Below, piece after piece: positions 10,480 to 19,442 of a DNA stretch of 56,598 nt. The position numbers and the translations under genes are program-made. The DNA lies in contig DASXQB010000226.1 in assembly GCA_036493295.1 (NCBI GenBank), forward strand, positions 1 to 56,598, read 5' to 3'. Position 1 is the stretch's first letter, and every line of letters begins with the position of its first letter. The notes under the pieces are model-generated. The model ran no database searches, had not been told where the DNA came from, and saw nothing but the letters and a program-made list of their open reading frames with translations. The DNA is from Polyangia bacterium. GTDB lineage: Bacteria > Myxococcota_A > Polyangia > Fen-1088.

Positions 10480-13400
10480 TTAGTTCAGGGTCAAAGCGGC
10501 CATATCCGAAAAGTCGCTGGTGTTGCCAGCGGCGTCGGTGCTGCGAATGGTCAGGCAATAGCGACCCGAGCCCAGATTGGTGACGCGCGTGCGTTCGGGC
10601 ATGCCGGCCTCGCGCGGGGCGCTGACGGTGACGGCTGGCGCGGCGGTGGGATTGCTCATCGGACAAAGCGCAACCCGCAGATCATAGCTGGCTGCGTGGC
10701 CGCTTGGTCCGTCGTCGCTGGGCGAGGTCCACGACGCGGCGATGGTGCGGGTGGCGTCGGTGGCGGTGACGATCTCGACCTCGGCGACGGCCGCGTAATA
10801 GAGACCGCTGGCGGGGTGGGCCAGGCGTGTGGCCCGCACCTCGACGAAGCGAACGCTGGCGGCGGCGAAATCCATCAGCGCCGGTTGGCCTTGGGTCGCG
10901 ACATAGCCGGTCTTGGTGGCGACGGTGGTCCAGGCCAGGCCATCCGGGCTGACGCGAACCTGGAAATCCGGCGGAAACAGATCGGTGAAACCATCGGCCG
11001 GCCACACGCGCACCTCGTCGGTCGACGTGTTGGCGGGCACCTCCACGCGCACGTACTCTTCCTGGCTGGCGGCGCGGGCAGCGCTGGCCCAGAAGGTGGC
11101 GTGATTGCCGTCGACGACGGCGGCTGCTTTGAAGCTGGGCGCCTGCTCGCTGGATTGACCGGCCAGGGTGGCGCTGACCAGCTGACCGCCGGCGGGCGGC
11201 AGGGCCACGGTAAAGTCGGCGATCTTCGCGGGCGGCGTGGTGTCGGGCGTCTGTTGCGTCGACACCACCGCCACGTTCGACAGCATGCTGGCGTTGCCGG
11301 CGGCGTCCTTCGCCACCAGCGCAAAGCGATAACTGGTGCTGGGCAGCAGCCCAGAAACCGTGACCGACTGGTGCGCTCCCGCCGACGCCGGCGCGGGCAC
11401 GCCGGTGACCAGCGTGGCGCTGGCAAAATTCTGCGAGTTGATCGCGGTCGTCAGCATGCGCAGCTCCTGGCTGGCCGCCGCGCCGGTGGCGGCGTCGTCG
11501 CCGGTGGCGGTCCAAGTCAAGGCGATCGACGTCAGGCCCGTGGCGCTTCCGGCCAAATCGCGCACCGGCGACGGCGCGACGTTGTTGGTGCGGCCGCTGA
11601 CCACCGTCGACAGCGGCCCGATGTTGCCGGCGGCATCGATGGCGCGAATGGCCCAATAATAGGTGGTCTCGCCGTGCAGGCCGGTGACGGTCATGGTCTG
11701 CAGCATGCCGGCCGTCAGCGGCGCCGGCGGATTGGACACGTTGGTCACCGCGCCCAGCTGCGCGTCGGTGAACGGCTGGGTGTGGCGATAGACCTGATAG
11801 CGCGCCGCCGTTCCAGTGAAGCCGTCGTCGCCCGGCGCCACCCACGTCAGCTGCGCCTGGCCGTCGGTGGCCGAGGCTGACCACGCATCAAAATCGGCGA
11901 CGATCGCATAGTGCCGGCCAAAGCTGACCGCGGTGTGAGCGATGGCCAGGCGGACATAGCGCGCCGACGTCTTCGGCAAGCCCCAGGTCAGCGCGTCGCC
12001 GGTGGCGGCGGTGAAGGCCTGTTCGCTGGCCACGGTGGTGAAGGTGTTGTTGTCGGTGCTGACGGCGATGGTGAAATCGCGTGGGAACAGCGACAGGTAA
12101 TGGGCGTCGGGGGTCAGGCGCACCTGATCGATGGCGATGGCGGCGCCGAGATCCAAGGTCAGCGATTCGGCGGTCTCGGTGTCGCTGCCGGCGGACGACC
12201 AGCTGCTGGTGGGATCTTGATCGGCGACGTTGGCGGCCTCCCACGACGGTCCCAGCGTCGACGACGCGCTGGTGGCGGTGGGAGCCAGGCGCTTGCCCTG
12301 GTTGTCGGGGACGGTCACGCTCAGCGAGGCGGGTGCGCCTGGTTTGATCATGTCGGGTGTCTGCAACGTGGCGACGTTGGACAGCGCGCTCCAGGTGCCG
12401 GTGTCGTCGACGGTCTTCACCGCGAAGTAAAACGTCTTGTTCTGGGCCAGGCCGTCGATGTTCGCGCCTTCGAAGGTACCGGCCACGCGCGGGCTGGGCG
12501 GGCCGGTCATCGGGGTGGCGGCGCTGAAGGTGGTGTCGCTGATCGGCGTGGTGGCGTATCGAATGTCGTAGGCGGTGGCGGTGCCCTGGGTGCCGTCGTC
12601 GCCGGGCGCGGTCCAGCGCAAAAGCGCCATCACCGTCGAGGTCGAGCCGGTCAACGCCACCTGCGCGGTGAGATCGCTGATCGCCGACGGCGCGACCGGC
12701 GCGGTGTTGGCGGCGGCGTCGCCCGACAGGCCGCCAGCGTTACCGGCGTCGTCGATGGCGCGGATCATGAAATGGTGGGTGGTCTCGCCTTGCAGGCCGG
12801 TGACGGTGAAGGTCTCGGCGCTACCCGCCACGCGCGGCGCCCCGACGGTGATCAGCGTGCCCGCCGAGAAATTGCCGGCGTTCAAAGCTGTCAGGGCGCG
12901 CCGCAGTTCATAACGAGTGGCGGTGCCGCTGCTGCCGTCGTCGCCGGTCGCCGTCCAGCGCAGCACGATGCTGCCGGATTGCGTGCCGGTGGTGGCGACC
13001 AGATCAGTGATCGTGCTGGGCGCCAGCGTGTCGTCGGTGGCGCTGCTGACAATGTTCGACAGCGGCGACCAGTTGCCTCGATCGTCGCGCGCCTTGATGG
13101 CGAAGAAGTAGGTCTTGTTGGGCGGCAAGCCAGTCACCGTCGCGGTTTCAGCGGAGCCGGCGCCCTGGGGCGCGACAATGGAAAAGCGCGTGGCGCTGGT
13201 GAAGGTGCCGTCGGTGATGGCGGTCTGGCTGTAGCGCAGGTCGTATTCCACCGCGGTGCCGCTTGTGCCGTCGTCGCCGGTGGCGGTCCAGGCCAGGGTC
13301 AAGCTGCCGCTGCCGCGTCCGATCTGGCGCAGGTTGGTGATGGCGCTGGGCGCGACGTCCATGGTGGCGGCGCTGGCGTCGTTCGACAGCGGCGAGAGAT

Positions 13401-16400
13401 TTCCCACGTCGTCGCTGGCGCGGATCATCAGGTGAATGGTCGATTCGTTGGGCAGGCCGCTGACCGTGAATTGCTGGTGCGTGCCGGCGGTGGCAGGCGC
13501 GGGCGCGGTCAGCGCCGCAGCGCTGGCGAACGAGTTCGCGTCCAGCGCGACCAGGCTCCAGCGCAGGTCGTAGGTCTTGGCGGTCCCTTGCGTGCCGTCG
13601 TCGCCGGGCGCGGTCAACGACACGATCAGTTGGCCGGGTGACGTTCCGGCGGTGGCGGTCAGGTCGACGGTGGCGGCGGGCGGGAGCTCGTCGGGGGTTG
13701 TCGAGGAGGCGACGTTCGACAGCGCCGAGACGTTGCCGCGATCGTCGGTGGCCTTCATCGCCACGTAGACCTTCACCCCGATCGGAAGGCTGGTCAGCGT
13801 CGCTTGCTGCACGGTGCGGGCGGGCGCAGGCGTCACCGCCGGTTGCAGCAGCGTGGCGCTGGCGAAGGTGCCGGCGCTGATCGCTGTCGTCGAATAGCGG
13901 ATCTCGTAGCTGGTGGCGGTGCCCACGCTGCCGTCGTCGCCTTGCGCGGTCCACTGCACGATCAGCGTCGCGCCACCGGCGACCCGTCCGCTGCCGCCGA
14001 TCACCGTCAGATCGCTGATGGCACCCGGTGCCTCGTCACGCGTGCGCGCCGAAGCGACGTTCGAAAGCGCCGACGTGTTGCCGTTGCGATCGACGGTTTT
14101 CAGCGCGACGTACAACATCTGTTCGGTGGGCAGGCCGGTGATGACCGCGTGCTCGGCGGCGCCACCAGTTTGCGGCGCGGGCGCGGGCACAGACGCCGCG
14201 GCGGTGAAGGTGCTGTCGTCGATCGGCTGCGGCGAGACGCGCAGATCGTAGTGATCAGCCTGGCCGCCCATGCCGTTGTCGCCGGGTGCGGTCCAGGTCA
14301 GCTGCAGGCTGCCGCTGCCGCTCGGGTACGTTGTCGCGCTCAGATCCGTCACCCGACCGGGCGGGATGTTGTCAGCGGTGGTGCCGCTGGCGTTGTTCGA
14401 AACCGCCGCGCTGTTGCCGCCGCCATCGATGGCACGGACGGCGAAGTAGTACTTCGTGGCGCCGGCGAGACCGCTGACGGTGATCGATTCGGCGGCGCCG
14501 GCGGCGTGCGGGGCGGGAACGCCGCTGACGGCGGTGGCGCTGTCCCAGTTCGTGCCGTTGATACGCGCCGTGGATTGCCGGACATCGTACCGAGCGGCGG
14601 TGCCGACGGTACCGTCGGCGCCAGGTGCGGTGAAGGTCAGCGTCGCAGTCTGCGCGGTCACGCCGCCGACGCCGAGGTCGGTGATCGTCGCCGGCGGCAT
14701 GCCGGGCGTGGTGGCGCACGCCGAGTTGGAAACCGCCGACACGTTGGCGGCCTCGTCGCTGGCTTTGACCGCGAAGCAGTAGGTTGTCTCGGCCGTCAGG
14801 CCGCTGGCATCGAAGCGTTCCAGATAACCAGCGGGGTGGGGCGCGGGCACGCCGGTGACGGGCGTGGCGGCGCCGAAGCTGCCGGCGCTGATCGCGGTGG
14901 CGGCGCGGCGCAGATCGTAACTGGTCGCCGTGCCGCTCTGGCCATCGTCGCCGGGCGCGGTCCATGACAAGCGCAGCGTGCCGTAGTCGGCGGGATCTTC
15001 GTAGAGCTCCACGTCGCCGAGAGCGGTGTAGTACTTGCCGTTCCACAAGCTGGTCCTGGTGGCGGTCAGACGCGCCGTCACCGCCGGCACGGCGCCCAGG
15101 GCCCACTCTTGCCATCCGCTGATGTTGCCAAGGCCGCTGTCGCTGACCACGGTCTGCCAGGGGCCGTTGGCCGTCGCTTGCACCTCGAGTTTGAAGTCGA
15201 CCGGGAACAGATCGGCGTAGCCGACGCCCGGACGCATCCTCAGGCGACCGAGGCGGCGCGCGCCACCGAGATCGAAGGTCACGAACATCGGCGTCACCTG
15301 GGCGTTGCCCGGGCTGATCCACACCGTCGAATCGACGGCGTCCAGCAGGTTGCCGGCGCCGGTCTCGGGCGAGTACGAACCGCTGGAGCCCGTCACCGTC
15401 ATCGCCAGCGCCGGGCGCTGGGTGGGATCAACCTGCGTGGCCTGCAGATCGCTGATCGCCGCCGGCGGCGTTCCGTCCAGCGTCGACGCCGACACCACAT
15501 TCGATAGCGGCGAATGCGTGCCGACGTCGTCAACGACCTTGACCGCAAAGTAATAAAGCGTCGTGGGTAAAAGGCCGCTGACGGTGAACGTCTCGCGCGT
15601 ACCCGGCGCTTGCGGCGGGCTGGTGGGCGCCGGTGTGGCCGCGTCCCAGGTCAGCGGCGAGATCGGCGTGCGGGCGTAGCGCAGCTCGTAAGCCGTGGCG
15701 TTGCCGACCATGCCGTCGTCGCCGGTGGCGGTGAACGAAAGCGTGATCGCCGACGACGTGGCCCCGACGAAGGCCAGATCGCCGACCGGCGCCGGTGGCA
15801 CGCCCGGCGTGGCCAGGGCGGCGATGTTGGACAGGGCGCCGCAGTTGCCGTCGGCGTCGACGGCTTTGATGGCGAAGTACAGCGTCGATTCCACCGGCAC
15901 GCTGGGGATGTGCAGCACCTCGATCTGGCCGCCCGGCAGCGGTTGCAACGTCGGCACCACCGTCGCGGCGACAAAGTTGCCGTCGGTGATCGGAGCGGTC
16001 GACTGCCGCAGATCGTAGCGAACCGCCGTCCCGTCGTAGCCATCGTCGCCGGGCGCCACCCAGGTCAGGTCAGCGTCGAGGGCCGGCGTGAGAGCGTAAG
16101 TTTCCAGCTCGCCCATCGCGACATAAGCGGCGCTGCCGGCAGCGGGGCCGCGTTTGGTGACATAGAGGCGGGCGTAACGCGCGTAGGTGACCGGCCCGGA
16201 CCAGTCGTTCCACTGCGCGAACGTGCCGACCACCCCCGAGGCGTGAACCATCGGCGTCCAGTTCACCTTGTCGCTGCTGGTCTGGATCTCGAAATCCTGC
16301 GGATAGCTACCGATCAGATCGGCCGACGAGGGATTGGTGCGAAAGTGCGCCAGCGGTTGCACGCTGCCGTAATCCAGAATCACCCAGGCTGGCGTGGTGA

Positions 16401-19296
16401 CGGTGGCGCCGCCGGTCATCCAGGCCGTCGACACGTCGCCGTCCAGCAGGTTGGTCGCGGCCCGCGCCGGTGAAAGCTCGTCGGACACCGAATCGATCTG
16501 CGCGGTGATCTTCACGGTGGCGTTCGACAGGCGCGCCGACAGATCGGTCACCGTGGCCGGCGGCATGCCGTCGGCGCCGCTGCTGGGCATCGCCCACACC
16601 ACGTTCGACACGCCGCCGACCGCGCCGCTGCCGTCGATGGCGCGCAGGGCGAAGTAATAGTTGTGGCCGGGCGTCAACCCAGACGCGGCGAATTGCTCCG
16701 CGCTGCCGGCCGGCGCCGGCGACGGCAAACCCAGCACCGGCGTGGCGCCGGCAAAATCGCCCGGGGTCATCGGGGCCAGCGACCAGCGCAGGTCATAGCG
16801 CGCGGCCTGGCCGACGTGGCCGTCGGCGCCCGGCGCGGTCCAGGCCAGTAACACCGTGCCGGGCGCGTGGCCGGCGACGTCGACGGTGCGCAGGTCGGTG
16901 ATGGTCGACGGCGGGATCAGCAACGTCGTCGCCTGCGCCACGTTCGACAGCGGCGAGACGTTGCCGCCGTCATCGGTGGCCTTCATGGCGAAGAAGTAAG
17001 TGGTCTCGCCGGCAAGGCCGGTGACGGTCAGCGACTCGCGCAGGCCGGAGGCCAGCGGCGCGCCCGAGGGCACCGCCGCGCCGGCGCTGAAGGTGGCGTC
17101 GGTTTGCGCGCTCAGCGCGCGGCGAATGTCGTAGCTGGTGGCGCGGCCGGCGCCCGGATCGTCGCCCGGCGCGGTAAAGGTCAGCACCAATGTGTCGGGC
17201 GACGTCGATGCTTCGTGGATGGCCATCTCGGCGATCGACGCGTAGAAAAGCCCTGATTGGTGTTGAAACGAACGCAGCACGTGCAGCCGCACCTGCGCCG
17301 CCAGCGTGGCCGGAAAGGTGATCGGCACGTGGTCGCCGGGGTTGGCGGTGGCGTTGCGCAGGCCGCCCACCGACGTCCAGGTGCTGCCGTCGGCGGACAC
17401 CTCGATGTCGAAATCGATCGGGAAAAAGGCCGGGTAAGACGCGTTCGGGATCAGCGTGACCGAGTCGATCAAGTACGGCGTGAACAGCGCCGCGGTCAGG
17501 GATTCTTCGTCGGCGGTCGGGCGGCCGGGCGAGATCCAGGCCGTGTCGGGGTTGCCGTCCATCGCGTTGGCCGCCGCCCAGTACGACGAAAACTCGCCGC
17601 TGTCGGTGATCACCTCGGCGGTGGCGTCGGCGCCCGGGACGATGCTGGCGGACAGATCAACCACCTGCGGCGGGGCCAGGCGATCGGCGATGGTCAGATG
17701 TTTCTCCGGCGACGGCGGGCTGATGAGGCCGGTGGCGCTGAGGGCGTAAAGGGCAAAGTAGTACGGCGTGCCCACCAGCAGGTTGGGAACCTCGACGCTG
17801 GTGGCGGTCTTGGCGATGTCCAGGCTCTGGGTGTATTGCCCGCTGGCGTTTCCCCAGCGCAAGCGATAGCCGCCGAGATCGGTCTCGGTGTTGGGCGCCC
17901 AGGACAAAAGAGCGTTGCCGTGATCGCCGGCGGTGGCGTCGAACCCCGACGGTGATGCGGGCGCGTGCCCGGCGGTGGCGATCAAGCGGCCGACGTTCAA
18001 GCGGCCGCCGGTGGTGGTCTTGCCGGCCAGCGACGGCACCGGATCGACGGTGTCGAGGATCTTCTGGCGAACTTCGGCGTAGGTGGCGTTCGGTTGGATC
18101 GACAGATACAGCGCCGCCGCGCCGGTGACGTGCGGCGCGGCCATCGAGGTGCCACTCCAGGACGCATAGCTGTTCCCCGGCAGCGTGCTCAAGATGCCGA
18201 CGCCGGGCGCGCCCAGGTGCACCAGCGTCGGTCCCCAGTCGGAGAAACTGGCCAGGGCGTCGTTGCTGTCCATGGCGGCGACGGACAGCAGATTGGGCAC
18301 GGCATAGTTGGCCGGATAGTCCGGGGTGGTGTCGTTGTTGGTGCCGTTGTTGCCGGCGGCGGCGACGAACAGGCCGCCCTTGCTGGCCAGCGTGTTCAGC
18401 GCGTCCAGCATGTAGCTGGCGAAGCAACTTGAACCCGAGCAGCCCCAGCTGGCGTTCACCACCCGGGCGTTCACGGTGGCGGCGTACAAGATCGTCTGCG
18501 CGCCGTTGAACAGCGTGCCGCTGCCGTTCGACCCCAGGAACTTGGTGCCGACCAGCTTCACCTTCCAGTTCACGCCGGCCACGCCGTTGGCGTTGTTGCC
18601 GACGGCGCCGATGGTGCCCGACACGTGCGTGCCGTGGCCGTGGTCGTCCATCGGATCGGAATCGTTGTTGGCGAAGTCCCAGCCGTGAACGTCGTCGATG
18701 TATCCGTTGTGGTCGTCGTCGATGCCGTTGCCGGGGATCTCGCCCGGGTTGGTCCACACGTTGGCGGCCAGCTCGGGGTGCGTGTAGTCGATGCCGGTGT
18801 CGCTGATCGCCACCAGCACGGACGACGAACCGGTGGTGGTGTCCCAGGCTTGCGGGGCGTTGATTTTTGTCATGCCCCACAGCTGGCTCATCTGCGTGTC
18901 GTTAGGGATGACCGAGGCGTGCACCAGGTAGTTGCGTTCGGCCTTGGCGATGGTGCCGCTGGCGGTGAGCTGGGAGATGGCCAGATCGGCGATGGTGCTG
19001 TCGGGCAACTGCACGCGGCGGAACCCGCGCGCGGCCAGCGGACCCTTGTCGTCGATGATGTGTCCGCCGACCGCCGACAAGGCATCGCGCAGGGCTTGGG
19101 CGCTGGCGCCGTCGCGTAGCTGGATCACCACTTCATGCGAAAGATACTGGACGCCGTCACTGGTCAGGAGGGTCGGCGGTTCCTGGGGGCCGTGCTTCGA
19201 TTGCCCGCAGCCGGCGGTGGACAGCGCGCCGGCAAGCAAGGCAGCGAAAGCGATCGTTTCCATGAAGGGCGCCGGGCGAGGCTTCCTGGAATTCAT
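10480..19296 (-). CDS. giant (2,938 aa) lipoprotein subtilisin-like serine protease (S8) with 16 FN3-like and 5 discoidin (F5/8 type C)-like modules
   Basis: Lipobox LSTAGC and an I9-like propeptide. Catalytic triad AISDTG (D166, 18799-18801), HGTHV (H221, 18634-18636) and GTSMAAPH (S384, 18145-18147). Repeated TAPGDDG...YDLR...YYFAVKA.D..GN.S.LSN modules and N..DG...T.W discoidin-like modules. Confidence 0.9.
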   Translation of the reverse strand: MNSRKPRPAPFMETIAFAALLAGALSTAGCGQSKHGPQEPPTLLTSDGVQYLSHEVVIQLRDGASAQALRDALSAVGGHIIDDKGPLAARGFRRVQLPDSTIADLAISQLTASGTIAKAERNYLVHASVIPNDTQMSQLWGMTKINAPQAWDTTTGSSSVLVAISDTGIDYTHPELAANVWTNPGEIPGNGIDDDHNGYIDDVHGWDFANNDSDPMDDHGHGTHVSGTIGAVGNNANGVAGVNWKVKLVGTKFLGSNGSGTLFNGAQTILYAATVNARVVNASWGCSGSSCFASYMLDALNTLASKGGLFVAAAGNNGTNNDTTPDYPANYAVPNLLSVAAMDSNDALASFSDWGPTLVHLGAPGVGILSTLPGNSYASWSGTSMAAPHVTGAAALYLSIQPNATYAEVRQKILDTVDPVPSLAGKTTTGGRLNVGRLIATAGHAPASPSGFDATAGDHGNALLSWAPNTETDLGGYRLRWGNASGQYTQSLDIAKTATSVEVPNLLVGTPYYFALYALSATGLISPPSPEKHLTIADRLAPPQVVDLSASIVPGADATAEVITDSGEFSSYWAAANAMDGNPDTAWISPGRPTADEESLTAALFTPYLIDSVTLIPNASYPAFFPIDFDIEVSADGSTWTSVGGLRNATANPGDHVPITFPATLAAQVRLHVLRSFQHQSGLFYASIAEMAIHEASTSPDTLVLTFTAPGDDPGAGRATSYDIRRALSAQTDATFSAGAAVPSGAPLASGLRESLTVTGLAGETTYFFAMKATDDGGNVSPLSNVAQATTLLIPPSTITDLRTVDVAGHAPGTVLLAWTAPGADGHVGQAARYDLRWSLAPMTPGDFAGATPVLGLPSPAPAGSAEQFAASGLTPGHNYYFALRAIDGSGAVGGVSNVVWAMPSSGADGMPPATVTDLSARLSNATVKITAQIDSVSDELSPARAATNLLDGDVSTAWMTGGATVTTPAWVILDYGSVQPLAHFRTNPSSADLIGSYPQDFEIQTSSDKVNWTPMVHASGVVGTFAQWNDWSGPVTYARYARLYVTKRGPAAGSAAYVAMGELETYALTPALDADLTWVAPGDDGYDGTAVRYDLRQSTAPITDGNFVAATVVPTLQPLPGGQIEVLHIPSVPVESTLYFAIKAVDADGNCGALSNIAALATPGVPPAPVGDLAFVGATSSAITLSFTATGDDGMVGNATAYELRYARTPISPLTWDAATPAPTSPPQAPGTRETFTVSGLLPTTLYYFAVKVVDDVGTHSPLSNVVSASTLDGTPPAAISDLQATQVDPTQRPALAMTVTGSSGSYSPETGAGNLLDAVDSTVWISPGNAQVTPMFVTFDLGGARRLGRLRMRPGVGYADLFPVDFKLEVQATANGPWQTVVSDSGLGNISGWQEWALGAVPAVTARLTATRTSLWNGKYYTALGDVELYEDPADYGTLRLSWTAPGDDGQSGTATSYDLRRAATAISAGSFGAATPVTGVPAPHPAGYLERFDASGLTAETTYCFAVKASDEAANVSAVSNSACATTPGMPPATITDLGVGGVTAQTATLTFTAPGADGTVGTAARYDVRQSTARINGTNWDSATAVSGVPAPHAAGAAESITVSGLAGATKYYFAVRAIDGGGNSAAVSNNASGTTADNIPPGRVTDLSATTYPSGSGSLQLTWTAPGDNGMGGQADHYDLRVSPQPIDDSTFTAAASVPAPAPQTGGAAEHAVITGLPTEQMLYVALKTVDRNGNTSALSNVASARTRDEAPGAISDLTVIGGSGRVAGGATLIVQWTAQGDDGSVGTATSYEIRYSTTAISAGTFASATLLQPAVTPAPARTVQQATLTSLPIGVKVYVAMKATDDRGNVSALSNVASSTTPDELPPAATVDLTATAGTSPGQLIVSLTAPGDDGTQGTAKTYDLRWSLVALDANSFASAAALTAPAPATAGTHQQFTVSGLPNESTIHLMIRASDDVGNLSPLSNDASAATMDVAPSAITNLRQIGRGSGSLTLAWTATGDDGTSGTAVEYDLRYSQTAITDGTFTSATRFSIVAPQGAGSAETATVTGLPPNKTYFFAIKARDDRGNWSPLSNIVSSATDDTLAPSTITDLVATTGTQSGSIVLRWTATGDDGSSGTATRYELRRALTALNAGNFSAGTLITVGAPRVAGSAETFTVTGLQGETTHHFMIRAIDDAGNAGGLSGDAAANTAPVAPSAISDLTAQVALTGSTSTVMALLRWTAPGDDGTQGTATAYDIRYATTPISDTTFSAATPMTGPPSPRVAGTFEGANIDGLAQNKTFYFAVKTVDDTGTWSALSNVATLQTPDMIKPGAPASLSVTVPDNQGKRLAPTATSASSTLGPSWEAANVADQDPTSSWSSAGSDTETAESLTLDLGAAIAIDQVRLTPDAHYLSLFPRDFTIAVSTDNNTFTTVASEQAFTAATGDALTWGLPKTSARYVRLAIAHTAVSFGRHYAIVADFDAWSASATDGQAQLTWVAPGDDGFTGTAARYQVYRHTQPFTDAQLGAVTNVSNPPAPLTAGMLQTMTVTGLHGETTYYWAIRAIDAAGNIGPLSTVVSGRTNNVAPSPVRDLAGSATGLTSIALTWTATGDDAATGAAASQELRMLTTAINSQNFASATLVTGVPAPASAGAHQSVTVSGLLPSTSYRFALVAKDAAGNASMLSNVAVVSTQQTPDTTPPAKIADFTVALPPAGGQLVSATLAGQSSEQAPSFKAAAVVDGNHATFWASAARAASQEEYVRVEVPANTSTDEVRVWPADGFTDLFPPDFQVRVSPDGLAWTTVATKTGYVATQGQPALMDFAAASVRFVEVRATRLAHPASGLYYAAVAEVEIVTATDATRTIAASWTSPSDDGPSGHAASYDLRVALCPMSNPTAAPAVTVSAPREAGMPERTRVTNLGSGRYCLTIRSTDAAGNTSDFSDMAALTLN
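12330..15000 (-). repeat. run of eight consecutive FN3-like modules (about 111 aa / about 335 bp each) inside the S8 gene
   Basis: The TA(P/T/Q)GD(D/N)G signature recurs with a period of about 330-340 bp. The antisense ORF starts at 12575, 12917, 13577 and 13913 mark the same motif. Copies are diverged at the DNA level. Boundaries are approximate. Confidence 0.7.
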
Positions 19297-19442
19297 CGCA
19301 ATATTTTAACGTCGGATTTATTACATTTTTCTTAAGACAATTTTGTGGTTGTAATGCGTCATTTCGTTCGGCACGCTCGCACCGCCACCGTCGGAGAGGC
19401 GGTCTTGCGGCAGCCCCGCTGCGATCGAAAGAATCGCGCTTG

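Noticed and set aside
10682-17955. Many 100-570-aa alternative-frame and antisense ORFs inside the S8 gene (e.g. 11911..13641, 13804..14967, 15610..16473)
   Set aside because: All lie within one continuous, motif-rich 2,938-aa frame. Their periodic MAVP...SSPGAV starts are just the reverse translation of the repeated TAPGDDG motif.
10480-19296. The roughly 335-bp periodicity considered as a CRISPR-like or satellite DNA array
   Set aside because: The repeats are protein-domain repeats, diverged at the nucleotide level. There are no short identical direct repeats with unique spacers and no cas genes.
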